Below are positions 28,741 through 38,872 of a stretch of DNA of 64,000 nt, in pieces. The notes under the pieces were generated by a model, which was not told the origin of the DNA, made no database searches, and saw nothing but the letters and a program-made list of their open reading frames with translations. This DNA comes from Camelus ferus (Eukaryota). The stretch is taken from NCBI RefSeq assembly GCF_009834535.1, contig NC_045704.1:21328001-21392000 (forward strand). The letters run 5' to 3'. Both the position numbers and the translations under genes were made by a program. Numbering within the stretch: position 1 is the first letter of the stretch; each line of letters starts with the position of its first letter.

Positions 28741-30460
28741 GCGTCTGGGCTGTTTCCGAGCCCGCCCTACTCCGCTTAACTCTTTCTCAGCCGGAACTGA
28801 GCTCGGAAGGGTGAGGGCTGAGGGCTGAGGGCCTGGCCTTCCTGGGTCGTGCGAACCAGGAGTCTGGAAACTGGGGCTCCCAGGACCTAGGGGGAAGTAG
28901 GCTGAGAGCCCGGACTTCTGGGTCCTGGGGAAGGGGGTGCGGGTCTCCCAGACTCCTGCGGATTGAGGCTGGGCTCCTGGCCCTGAAGAGAGGGCGAGGT
29001 CTGAACCTTTGGATCCCTGATGAGCTAGGGGGCTATCGACTTCGTGGTTTCTCGGAGATCGGGGCTGGGGACTCGGATGGCTGGTTTCTTGAGGAAAGGG
29101 TATCAGGGCAGCTTGCAGAGCAGAGAGATAATTGGGATATGTGCGTCTCTGGGAAGGGATGTCTGGCGACGTCCGGAATCCCTCAGTACTGGGAGATCTG
29201 GGGGTGAGGTGGAGTGGGATTTTTCACGGAAGTGGCGGGGGGGGGGGGTTGCAGCAGAGGGCACCCTCCACCCCCTTCCTCATTTTCCACGACGCTGGTG
29301 GAAAGTTGGGTCAGAGGGGAAAGTGCGGAGCAAAAGGAAGGAAACGGCGGAGGCGGCGCAGCACTCGAAATCTTAGATTGGCTTTGGAGTTCTCAGGCGG
29401 CATCAGTGTGCCAGTTTTTCCGCGCGGGAGGGCGATCAAATCCACGCCCCCGCGTACTTGGGTGACTTAAGGACCCCTTATAACTTCCCTCCCACCTCAC
29501 CCCGCAGTGAGCCGGAATGAGCGCAGCCACTGCCCATCACAGACGGTGAAGAAGCTCCTGGAAGAACAGAGGCGCCGCCAGCAGCAGCCTGACGCTGCTG
29601 GGCTACCGGTGAGGCCCGTGAAGCCCTGTAAACTACAACTCCCATGAGGCCATGTCCTGTTGGGCAGGGGCTTGCTGCCTTGCTGGGCCCTCAGGGCTGA
29701 CTCAGATGACCTGTAGGTGGGGGAATGGGTGCTGAGGACTCTGCCAGATAAATTCACCCTTGTTTCTTTTTGCTTCTGCCTCTACAGGGACAGTTCCCGC
29801 CTCCCCTGGCCCAGCCTCTGACCCCATCTGTGAATGAAGGTGAAGCCAGTAAGTCTGGAAACTTACCTGGTTCCCTCAGCTCCCAGCCCCAGCTTCCCTC
29901 AGGGACTCAAACATCCCAACTCTCAGAACTTTAGGGAATTTAGGAGTTAGGCCCTCATTCTTGCTGAGACCTGGAAGAAGTTTGATCTCCCGAAGTCTCA
30001 GGGGCCCAGGCTCCCAGCCTTTCGGTGCTCTAGGAGTCTAGGCCCTCAACCCCTCAGTGTCCCAGGTGCCTAGGTCCTCAAAATCCAAACTTCCAACCCC
30101 TTGGTGTCCCAGGATTCTGGGTCCAAGCCCCGTGGTGCCCCAGAAGTACTTGCTTTCAGTAACTTGGGAGACTCCAGGTTCCTGTCTGGGCTGTGACTTC
30201 CCTAACTCTGGTAACCAGGCCTGCCCCTGCTCCTCCTCTCACATGCAGGCCATACTCACTTCCCAGCACACCAGGAGACTGTGGGTTCTGGACTTGGCAG
30301 CCTGGCCCCCTCCACGGGCTTTCCAGACTGGAACCCCAACACGCATGCTGCCTACACAGACAGCCACTACTCTTACCCTGCTTCTGCTGCTGACGTTTTC
30401 CTGGCTCCTGACTTCTACCCACCCTCGGACCCAGGGCGGCCGTGTCCGTTTCCCCCGGGG
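28740..30460 (+). other. NFKBID: NFKBID upstream exons (5' leader or non-AUG N-terminal extension)
   Basis: Donor at 28810/28811; exons 29508-29608, 29788-29839 and 30249-30466, all GT-AG, splice into one stop-free frame continuous with ATG 30461. The first-exon start is approximate. Confidence 0.8.
29632..29650 (+). promoter_or_regulatory. ZNF143 SBS-like motif in NFKBID intron
   Basis: ACTACAACTCCCATGAGGC matches the ACTACA-n-TCCCA composite motif. Confidence 0.45.
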
Positions 30461-33400
30461 ATGGAGGTGAGATTCAGAGTGGGAACAGGATGCTGAAGGG
30501 CCCCCAAGATTCCCAGTTGTCCTCATGCAGCATCCTGAGATGTCTGGGGCTAGATTAAGATCCCATTCCTCAGATGGGCAAAACTGAGGCCCAAAGGTCC
30601 AGGGTCACTTGGCACAAATGGGACACCCAACCACTCTACCTGGCACTCTGTATGTGTATATGTCTGTGGTGGGCTAGGAAGAGGGGATTCTCAGCTGACT
30701 GGCTCTCTCCACCACCTACACCCTTCAGGAGCCCCTGGATACCCGGCTCTATGTAGACCCTTCCCTGCCACAGACGGGATCCTGGAGAGGTTCTGGACTC
30801 CCCTCAGGACCCCCACAGTTGCCCCCTGTGGTCACCGGACCATCCCTGGACACTGCCCGTGCTCACATGCTGGCTTTAGGGCCACAGAACCTGCTGGCCC
30901 AGGATGAGGAGGGAGACACGTGAGTATAGGGGAGTGGAGTTTGCAGGCTTCCTGCTCAGCTAGGGTGCTGTGCTCACTGCTGCCTCCCGCCCATCCTCAG
31001 GTTCCTGCACCTGTTTGCGGCTCGGGGGATGCGCTGGGCAGCATACGCTGCAGCTGAGCTGCTCCAAGCGTACAGACATCTGGACATTCGTGAGCATAAG
31101 GGCAAGGTGAGGGCCAGGGGCTTGGATTTCTGGATCTGAGGGCAGAGGGTTTGGGGGCTTGGATTCCTGGTTTTCAGACGGGAAGGGGCTAAGGGGCTGA
31201 GGGCCCAGACTGATGTTTCCTGATACCTGCAGACCCCTCTCCTGGTGGCTGCTGCTGCCAACCAGCCCCTGATTGTGGAGGATCTACTGAACCTGGGAGC
31301 TGAACCCAATGCCACTGATCATCAAGGACGTTCTGTCTTGCACGTGGCCGCTACCTATGGACTCCCAAGGGTCCTCTCGGTATGTCCAGCTGGAATGAGA
31401 TGAATGAGATGGACTGGTTGCCTAGATCCTAGCTTCCAGAACTAGGAGACCTGGGGAGACTCTAACCCAGCACTCTGCCTTCTTCTTCTCCCAGGCTGTG
31501 ATTAACTCAGGGGTTCACGTTGACCTAGAAGCCAGAGACTTCGAGGGTAAGTTGGGTGGTGGAGAGGGTGGGTGTGGCTAGTGGGCTGGGTGGGATGAGA
31601 GCTCCAGATGCAGAGCCCTCCCTGTCTCTACTCTGCAGGCCTCACTCCACTCCACACAGCCATCCTGGCCCTCAATGTTGCTATGCACCCTCCTGACCTA
31701 TGTCCCACGGTGCTGAGTACCCAGGCCCAAGACAGGCTGGCTTGCGTCCAGATGTTGCTGCAGATGGGTGCTGACCACACCAGCCAGGTGAGCTGGGCAG
31801 TGGGCAGCTGGCCCCTAGGAGGGCATGTGGGATGGGGGCTCCTGGATGTCCAGGGCCTCTCAACAAATGCTGACTTGTCTCTTCCCAGCTGTGAGACCTT
31901 AAGCACATTACTTGACTTCTCTGTGCCCCAGTTGTCAACTGTGAATAACATTACTGACCTTAGCTTATATTTATCAAGCACTTACTAGTCATCAAGCACT
32001 GAGTGTCATGGATTAGCTCATTGAATCTCCACAAACACCCTTTGATGCGTGTGCCATTATTACTTTCTCTGTTTCACTGATAAAAAAACTGAGGCACAAG
32101 GACTCAGAAATCTTATTGCTTATGAGTGTCAGAGAGGGAATTAAAACTCAGGTGGGCTGACCCCAAAATCTAGCTTTTAATAATTATACCCTCCTCCTTC
32201 CTGACAGTAACTCCTTCACAGGCTGGCTGAGAATTAAACATCCACTCATTGTTTTGGGCTTTTTTTTTTTTTTCAGTTAAAGAATTTTGAACACAGATAA
32301 AGTACAGAAAGTAATATAATGAGCTCATGTACCCAACATCAATAACCAGCAACTCATAGCCGGTCTTGTCCCATCCATTTCTCTGCTCTCCTGTATTATT
32401 TTTAGGCAAATTCAGGCATAAAATTTTATCCATAAATGTCTGTATGTCTTTAAAAGATAAGAAATATTTTTAACCTCAGTACCATTATTCCACCTTAAAA
32501 ATAATTAACCATCTCATACATAATATCAAATATCCTGACGGTGTTCGAATTTTTGTTTGGCTCTAAAGTGACATATGTTTACTTTTTTCATAAAACAAAC
32601 AACTAGGATCCAAATAAAACCCACACATTGCAATGATATGTCCTTTTACATTGACATTTAGAACTTACTCTCCATCTCTTTCTTTTTTCTACATAATTTA
32701 TTTAGTGAACCAACTAGGTTGTTTTGCCCTATATAAACACAAAATTTTTAATGTTTACTGTCATTACAGACGCTTTAAAGGCACATAATGGGGGGAGGGT
32801 GTAGCTCAGTGGTAGAGCACATGCTTAGCATGCACGAGGTCCTGGGTTCAATACCCCGTACCTCCTCCAGATATAAATAAATAAATAAACCTAATTACCT
32901 CCCCCTCATAAAACAAAACAAAAAAAAAAAAAAAAAGAAAGGCACATAATAAAGTCTCATTATGGAAAGTGCCTTTATTTGCTTCAAAAGATGAAGAGAA
33001 CAATTCAGTATGGAAGTAGATACAAGCTTAGGTTGTCCACTGATTAATGCTGCTCAACTCTCATCCTTGTAAAGTACAGCCCACGTGGGATGTGGGTGCA
33101 TTTTACTGTGTTTAATAGAATGTGGGGTGGCCAGTGCAGCTGCTAGTCCAGAGAGCTCCTTTGGAGGAACAGAAAAGGAGTCTTTTTCTTAAAGATGCTT
33201 GGGCTGGAAAATTGTCTTAATAAATGTACAGTTCTGTGATGCGTGTGATCTGAATGGTACCCCCACAACCTGGTGTTCTTGTACAGTGCACAACACATAC
33301 AACCATATAGGGCCGCTTCTACAGCCCAGGTCAGCTAAAGCTGAATCCTTGGTACCCGCGAGTGCTTGCAAAGGGGAGACAGGGTCTCTAAAGGCTCGCG

Positions 33401-34846
33401 GGTTCCATGAGAGAAGGCCTGGGTGTGAGAACTAGCCTGACCTCTACCATTCCCCACCCCACAGGAGATCAAGAGCAACAAGACTGTTCTGCACTTGGCT
33501 GTGCAGGCTGCCAACCCTACTCTGGTTCAGCTGCTGCTGGAGCTGCCACGGGGAGACCTGCGGGCCTTTGTCAACATGAAGGTGGGGGCCTAGGCTGGAA
33601 TGTGCAGATGGTGTGAGACATGGCAGACAGGGGCAGGGGGATGTTAGGAGGCCTGTGGGCTGTGGCTGTGGAGGGGACAATGCATGGGACATGGGCGGGG
33701 ACTACATAGGATGAGGATGTAGACTGGGGGCCTGTGTCCAGCATAGGCCGAGGGGTGTGTGGAATGTGGTTGTGGAGGAGGTTCTGGGATGTGAAAGGGG
33801 GCATGAGGGATGTGGATGAGGCAGAATGTGAGGGTGAGGCCCAGGCCAGCTGAGTCTGAGTCCTTAGCAATCCTCCCTTCAGCTGTCCCCAGGCCCACGG
33901 GAATACAGCCCTCCACATGGCAGCTGCCCTGCCCCCAGGGCCGGCCCAGGAGGCCATTGTGCGGCGCCTGCTGGCAGCTGGGGCGGATCCAACACTGCGC
34001 AACCTGGAGAACGAGCAGCCTGTCCACTTGCTGCGGCCCGGGCCGGGCCCCGAGGGGGTGAGCACTGACCCCGCCCTGACTGCAGGGTGACCTAACCTGG
34101 TGAACTCCTGACCCCACCCATTCCTGCCTTTAGAGGGTGACCTGTAATCTCAGGAGGAGACTTTGACCCTTATCCAACCGTGACTTCAAAATGTGCCCCT
34201 TGACCTCAGTGTTTGATCCCTTGCCTTGTACTGGTGGCTCCTCCTGACCTCTGTTTCAACCCTGACCTTAAAGTATGACCTCTACTTCCAACCCCGAATC
34301 CTGACCTCAAGGAATGACCTTTGATCCTCAAGTATGACCTTTAGCCCCCTGCCCCTGAACTCTTAGTCCTGACCTCAAAGTGGGATTTTGTTCTCACCTC
34401 AAATATGACTCTGACCCCTCGCCTCTCCTGTTTGACTCCCCGTCCTCAATGCTAGTCCCCAGGTGGGAACCTCCTACCAGCCACACCTTTCCCTTCGTCC
34501 CCAGTTCTGGCTCCTGAGCCTTTACTCTGTGTGAATGAACCTTCACCCCCAAGCCCACGTCTTGCCTCAGAACCTCTGAGCTTCAAACTCAACTAGCCCC
34601 ACTCACTTCTCCTCTCTAACCCCCAACTTCATGGGGTATGTCTGCCCCACCTCTCCTTGCAGCCTCCCAAACTCCTCCCCCTNNNNNNNNNNNNNNNNNN
34701 NNNNNNNNNNNNNNNNNNNNNNNNNNNNNNNNNNNNNNNNNNNNNNNNNNNNNNNNNNNNNNNNNNNNNNNNNNNNNNNNNNNNNNNNNNNNNNNNNNNN
34801 NNNNNNNNNNNNNNNNNNNNNNNNNNNNNNNNNNNNNNNNNNNNNN
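30461..34846 (+). CDS. NFKBID: NFKBID / IkappaBNS atypical nuclear IkB (ankyrin repeats); last coding exon falls in the N gap
   Basis: ATG 30461-30463. Exons 30461-30466, 30729-30919, 31001-31106, 31233-31379, 31495-31546, 31639-31787, 33465-33581, 33893-34057, all in phase. Peptides include LAQDEEGDTFLHLFAARG, GKTPLLVAAAANQPLIVEDLL, EIKSNKTVLHLAVQAANP and AHGNTALHMAAALPPGP. The terminal exon (expected LRQLLKRSR...) is not visible; a candidate acceptor at 34661-34662 precedes the gap 34683-34846. Confidence 0.95.
32790..32937 (+). mobile_element. tRNA-Ala-derived SINE (camelid vic-1 type) with TSD
   Basis: Head GGGGGGAGGGTGTAGCTCAGTGGTAGAGCACATGCTTAGCATGCACGAGGTCCTGGGTTCAATACCCC, then (TAAA)n, CCTAATTACCTCCCCC and poly-A. 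Perfect 13-bp TSD AAAGGCACATAAT at 32777-32789 and 32938-32950. Confidence 0.9.
34683..34846. other. Assembly gap (164 N) covering the NFKBID last coding exon
   Basis: Run of N. Confidence 0.99.
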
Positions 34847-34859
34847 TGTGGAATGTCCT

Positions 34860-35012
34860 GCCATTGGGGTCTTACATTAAAACCCCAAAATGGCTGCTGG
34901 GGGGTAAACAGTCCCCAATATTTGGGGTGGTATGTTACCCCTCCCCCACCCACAAGGGGCCCCTTTGATGATTTCTGTGAAATCGAGGCCCCTTGATTGT
35001 TTCTGTGAAACA
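34860..35012 (+). promoter_or_regulatory. NFKBID 3'UTR Roquin/Regnase-type stem-loop array including tandem CDEs
   Basis: GATTTC-TGT-GAAATC 34970-34984, TGTTTC-TGT-GAAACA 34998-35012, CCCCAA-TAT-TTGGGG 34913-34927, and a CAT-triloop hairpin 34860-34894. All have Py-Pu-Py triloops. Confidence 0.85.
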
Positions 35013-36059
35013 CCCTGGACCCCTAACCCTTTCCCCACCAGGATTTTTTGGGGTCCCCTCCCCTAACTCAGTTCTTTACACCTGGAACCCCACATGTAAT
35101 TCCCCTGCATGGTACTTGGGTTACTCCTAAACAGCTTCCAGTACCATCCCAGTAGAGCTCCGAAGATGACCCCCTTAACCTCCCCAGGACCCGCTCCCTG
35201 CAGGTCCTTAGCCCTAAGACAGGAAAGCCTCTCCTGGGTTAGGGTCCCCTAGGTCCTACTGCTTCTTAATTCAGAACCCAACCAGGCCCCTGTCCCAGAA
35301 CTCAGTGTTTCCGGTGAATCCCTCCCCTGTCTGAAAGCCCCTATTAAACTCAATTTGAACTAGAGCTACGATTGTGTAATCTCTAATCATTGGTGCAGGG
35401 AAGCGGCTGAGGAATCATGTTTGGACGAGTGTGTCTGGGTGGGTGTTACAGCAGATGCCGTGGGTGCCCAGTCCATACCCCATCACCCTCTCAGCGCCTG
35501 CTGGTCTGACTGCCAGAGCCAGCACAGGAATCTGCCTGTGGGCATTCTCAGACCACCCGTGCCCAGTTTGCCCTGGGTGTGAGTGTGGCAAGAGCCAAAT
35601 GCCAGGAGATTCTTGCCGCTTGCCACTCCAGCAGCCCTCAAGCAGTGACTGACTGGCAGGAGACGGTACGTGAGTAGCCCAGGCCCCTCGCCTCTATGGG
35701 GACAGCTTGGAAGTACGTGTTCTGCTTGGGCGCTCAGAGCTCCCCGATGAATGAAGATCTGGCTCCCCACAGTGGCTCTGGCTTGAGAACATACCATTTC
35801 TTGGGTGCTTTCCCCTTTGTGTGTCACTTCCTGCCTCCCCTAGGAATGTTCTCCACCCCTTCCAGATAATCTTGTCCCCAAAGCCTTGCCTCAGCCTCTG
35901 CTTCTGGAGAAACCCAAAGTAAGAAGACCTCCACAGCACTCCTTTCTCATACCTGCCCCGCAGCCTCTGCTCTGGCCTCCATCCCAGTCTCTTCACTCCA
36001 GGAAGCCCTCAGACTCACTGTAGCCCCTCACTGCTCAGAGCCTCCCAGACCACAAACCA

Positions 36060-36450
36060 AGTACACTTCAGGGTATGTGCCAGTATCTGTATCCCAAAAT
36101 TTAAGGCTTAAAACAACCACCACTTTTTTGTTCATGATTCTGTAATCTGGACTGGGCTGAGCTGGGCAGTCCTACAGTCTTGCTTTGGTCACTCATGTGG
36201 CTGCAGTCAGCTAGACGCCCGATGGGGTTGGACACCTGCACTCATGTGTCTGATAGCTCGGCTGAGATGTTGGAACCCCTGAGAGTGAGCTGAGCATCCC
36301 TTTCCATGTGGTCTCTCCAGGAGGGTAGGGGGATCTCTCCACGGGGTGGCTCCAAGAAGTTTTCCAAGAGAGTGAGCCCCTGCTTGCATCCTGCTAGCTG
36401 ATACCCCATTGGTCAAAGTCAGTCACGTGACCAGGCCCAGAATCAATGAA
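36060..36450. mobile_element. MLT1-like LTR between NFKBID and APLP1
   Basis: GGCTTAAAACAACCAC...CATGATTCTGTAATCTGGACTGGGCTGAGCTGGGCAG...CCCATTGGTCAAAGTCAGTCACGTGACCAGGCCCAGA. Confidence 0.55.
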
Positions 36451-36829
36451 GGGAGGGGTAGCACATAAGGACAAGAATATTGGCTGGGTGGAGTTATCAG
36501 TGGTGCCAGGACAAGTCTTCCACATCTGATGCCTTGGACCAGTACGCGTGTGCTCTTCCGTGTGTACTCACATAGTGGCAGCTGACCTATGAAAAATTCA
36601 TAAAAATATGTTGTGTTTCATCAATTCTAAGAAGAACTTAATTTGAATTCATCTTACAGTCAACTATGTGGCATAATTTAACATCTGCTTTTTTTTCCTT
36701 TGTGGTACCTAAAATGATAGTACTTCTTATTATTTATGGCACTTTTGATTCTGTTGACGTACACGATGTATGTCCTGACGTATCAACACACACACACACC
36801 ACTAACATAATAATAAATGAACTAGTTAA

Positions 36830-36920
36830 TTAATTAATTTTAATGGAGGCAGTGGGGACTGAACCCAGGACCTGGTGCATGCCAAGCACACACTCTACCA
36901 CTCAGCTATACTCTCCCCCC
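36830..36920 (-). mobile_element. Older or truncated tRNA-derived SINE
   Basis: GGGGACTGAACCCAGGACCTGGTGCATGCCAAGCACACACTCTACCACTCAGCTATACTCTCCCCC is the reverse of the SINE head. Confidence 0.75.
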
Positions 36921-38872
36921 ACCCCCAGAAACTTTGCATTATTAAAAGAAGAATTAAATCGTTTTCAGTGGGAAAAGAAGAGTAGCTTGGGGGCACAAAA
37001 GCAACAAATGAGCAATAGCGAAGTTATTTTTCCTGCTGGAATTTCAATAAAAACAGTGTTTTTAAACTAATTACTGTAAGGATTAGCATTAAAATGCAAT
37101 ATTATTAAGGAATCATGCACTGAGCATATTGAGCAAAATGGCCTTTTATTGTCTATCCCACCTGCTTGGAGCTCCTTACCCATTGTTAGCCTATTAACCA
37201 CCCTTAGCTATGAAAATACAAAGGCAGTTTTCCCCCTGCTTGTGGTGTTAGTTATGAGTTTCTGCTAGGGTACACTTGATGGTATAGCCAGTATCAGAAT
37301 AATGTTGCAAACTGGGTTCGTAATGAAACTGGGGCCTTGTATCCAACTTGCATCAGGTACACATCTTCCCCCCAATACCTACCCTCTATATTTAATATAT
37401 GTGACCTATATTTACGTGTATATATTATGAAGAGCCACTGTGAGCTCATAGATCTTTTGGGAGAATTAAAAATAGGTGGTCCCTCCCTCAGCCATCTGTC
37501 AGGAAATTGTGCAATCCTGACATTAGAACAAGGCACACTACTACCATCTGCTGGGAAGTTGTAAGAATACAAATCTGCACTGTCTAACCGATGAATGGTA
37601 TCACCTGAAATTTTGCAGTGCACAACCAGAACACCATATGGGACAGTCACAAATTATTAGGCACCAGTTTAGCGAAATGGCCAAGAGTATGGGTGCTGGA
37701 AGCCAGGTTTCCTGGGCTGAAATCTTACCTCTGACCCTTCCTAGATGGTGATCTTGGGAATGTGATGTAAACTCTTAGCCTCCATTTCCTAATCTATAAG
37801 AGGATAGTCATGGTACCTAATTTGTGGGGTAGAAGTAATGGTTAAGTATGCCAATGCATGTAAAGACCCTGGAGCAGTGCCTGGAACAGGATGAGTGCCA
37901 TATGAGTGTTCGCTGCCATGACATTTTAGAATTTATTCAACAGACACTTGTGAAGAGGCAGGCACAGTTCTAATGTCTCCACAAATATTAATCCTTTTAA
38001 TCCTCATAACAATCCTCTTGAGACAGGTAACAGCATAGGTAGAGAGACAGTTCCAACATGTCACAAAATGGACGCAGTTGCAGACATCACATAAGCCTCT
38101 CTGGGACACGTGGTTGGATTTCCATGCTCCAGGGGGATTCCTATGGACTCCCCAAGAAGTGCAAACTTGGGACTGGGAAGAGGGATTCAAGATTCCTTGT
38201 TCCTCATTGGGCTTACAGGCTGGGGGTGGATGCTGCATGTGATTGTGTGTGGGGGTGAGTAGAAGGCAGGGGAAACTTGCTAGAGCCCAGCCTCCTAGGA
38301 GTCCACTCTGAAACTCAGCGGATAGAGGCTTAGAAATCAGCACCGCGGAAAGCTCCTGGATACAATCCCAGCTCTCTGGGCCCTGCCCCCTCCCATAGGC
38401 CCCACCCAGATTTAAAGAGCTCTCCTACAGTTTAAAGAGGTGAAGGAGGCCTAATCAAAGATGCACACCAGCGTCCAGAGCTTGATACACATTGATTCCC
38501 CCAGAGAGACACAGGATGGTCTGGTGGGGAAGAGAACTTTATTGGGGTATTAGTGGGGGACATGTGGGAGGATGGATTCCAGGGAACAACAAACACTAGG
38601 ACCAAGTTGGTAGCCACTTTAAGAAACAATAAATTAATGTACAAAATAAATTAAGGTGAGGAGGTCCTAAGCGGGGATGCAGCTGGGAATACCTAGGGAT
38701 TTCTCAGGGATGGAATTTGAAATTGGAAAGGGGAAGTGAGAATTTCCAGCCCCTTCACAAAGGATGTGTAATGAACTTTTTCAAGACCCCTCCTCCAGGC
38801 TGGGAGTTGGGGTTCTGGGGCTCCAGGAAGAGAGACGGTCTGGGCTCAGCCGAAGGGGTGAAGGGGGCTGGT

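Noticed and set aside
29132-29470. ORF with an NLS-like KGRKRRRRR in NFKBID intron 1
   Set aside because: It is a chance product of a CpG/purine-rich promoter segment, with no convincing splice link to the NFKBID frame.
32790-32870. tRNA-Ala(AGC)-like sequence
   Set aside because: It is followed by a SINE body and poly-A tail, flanked by a TSD, and has dispersed copies in the window. It is a SINE, not a tRNA gene.
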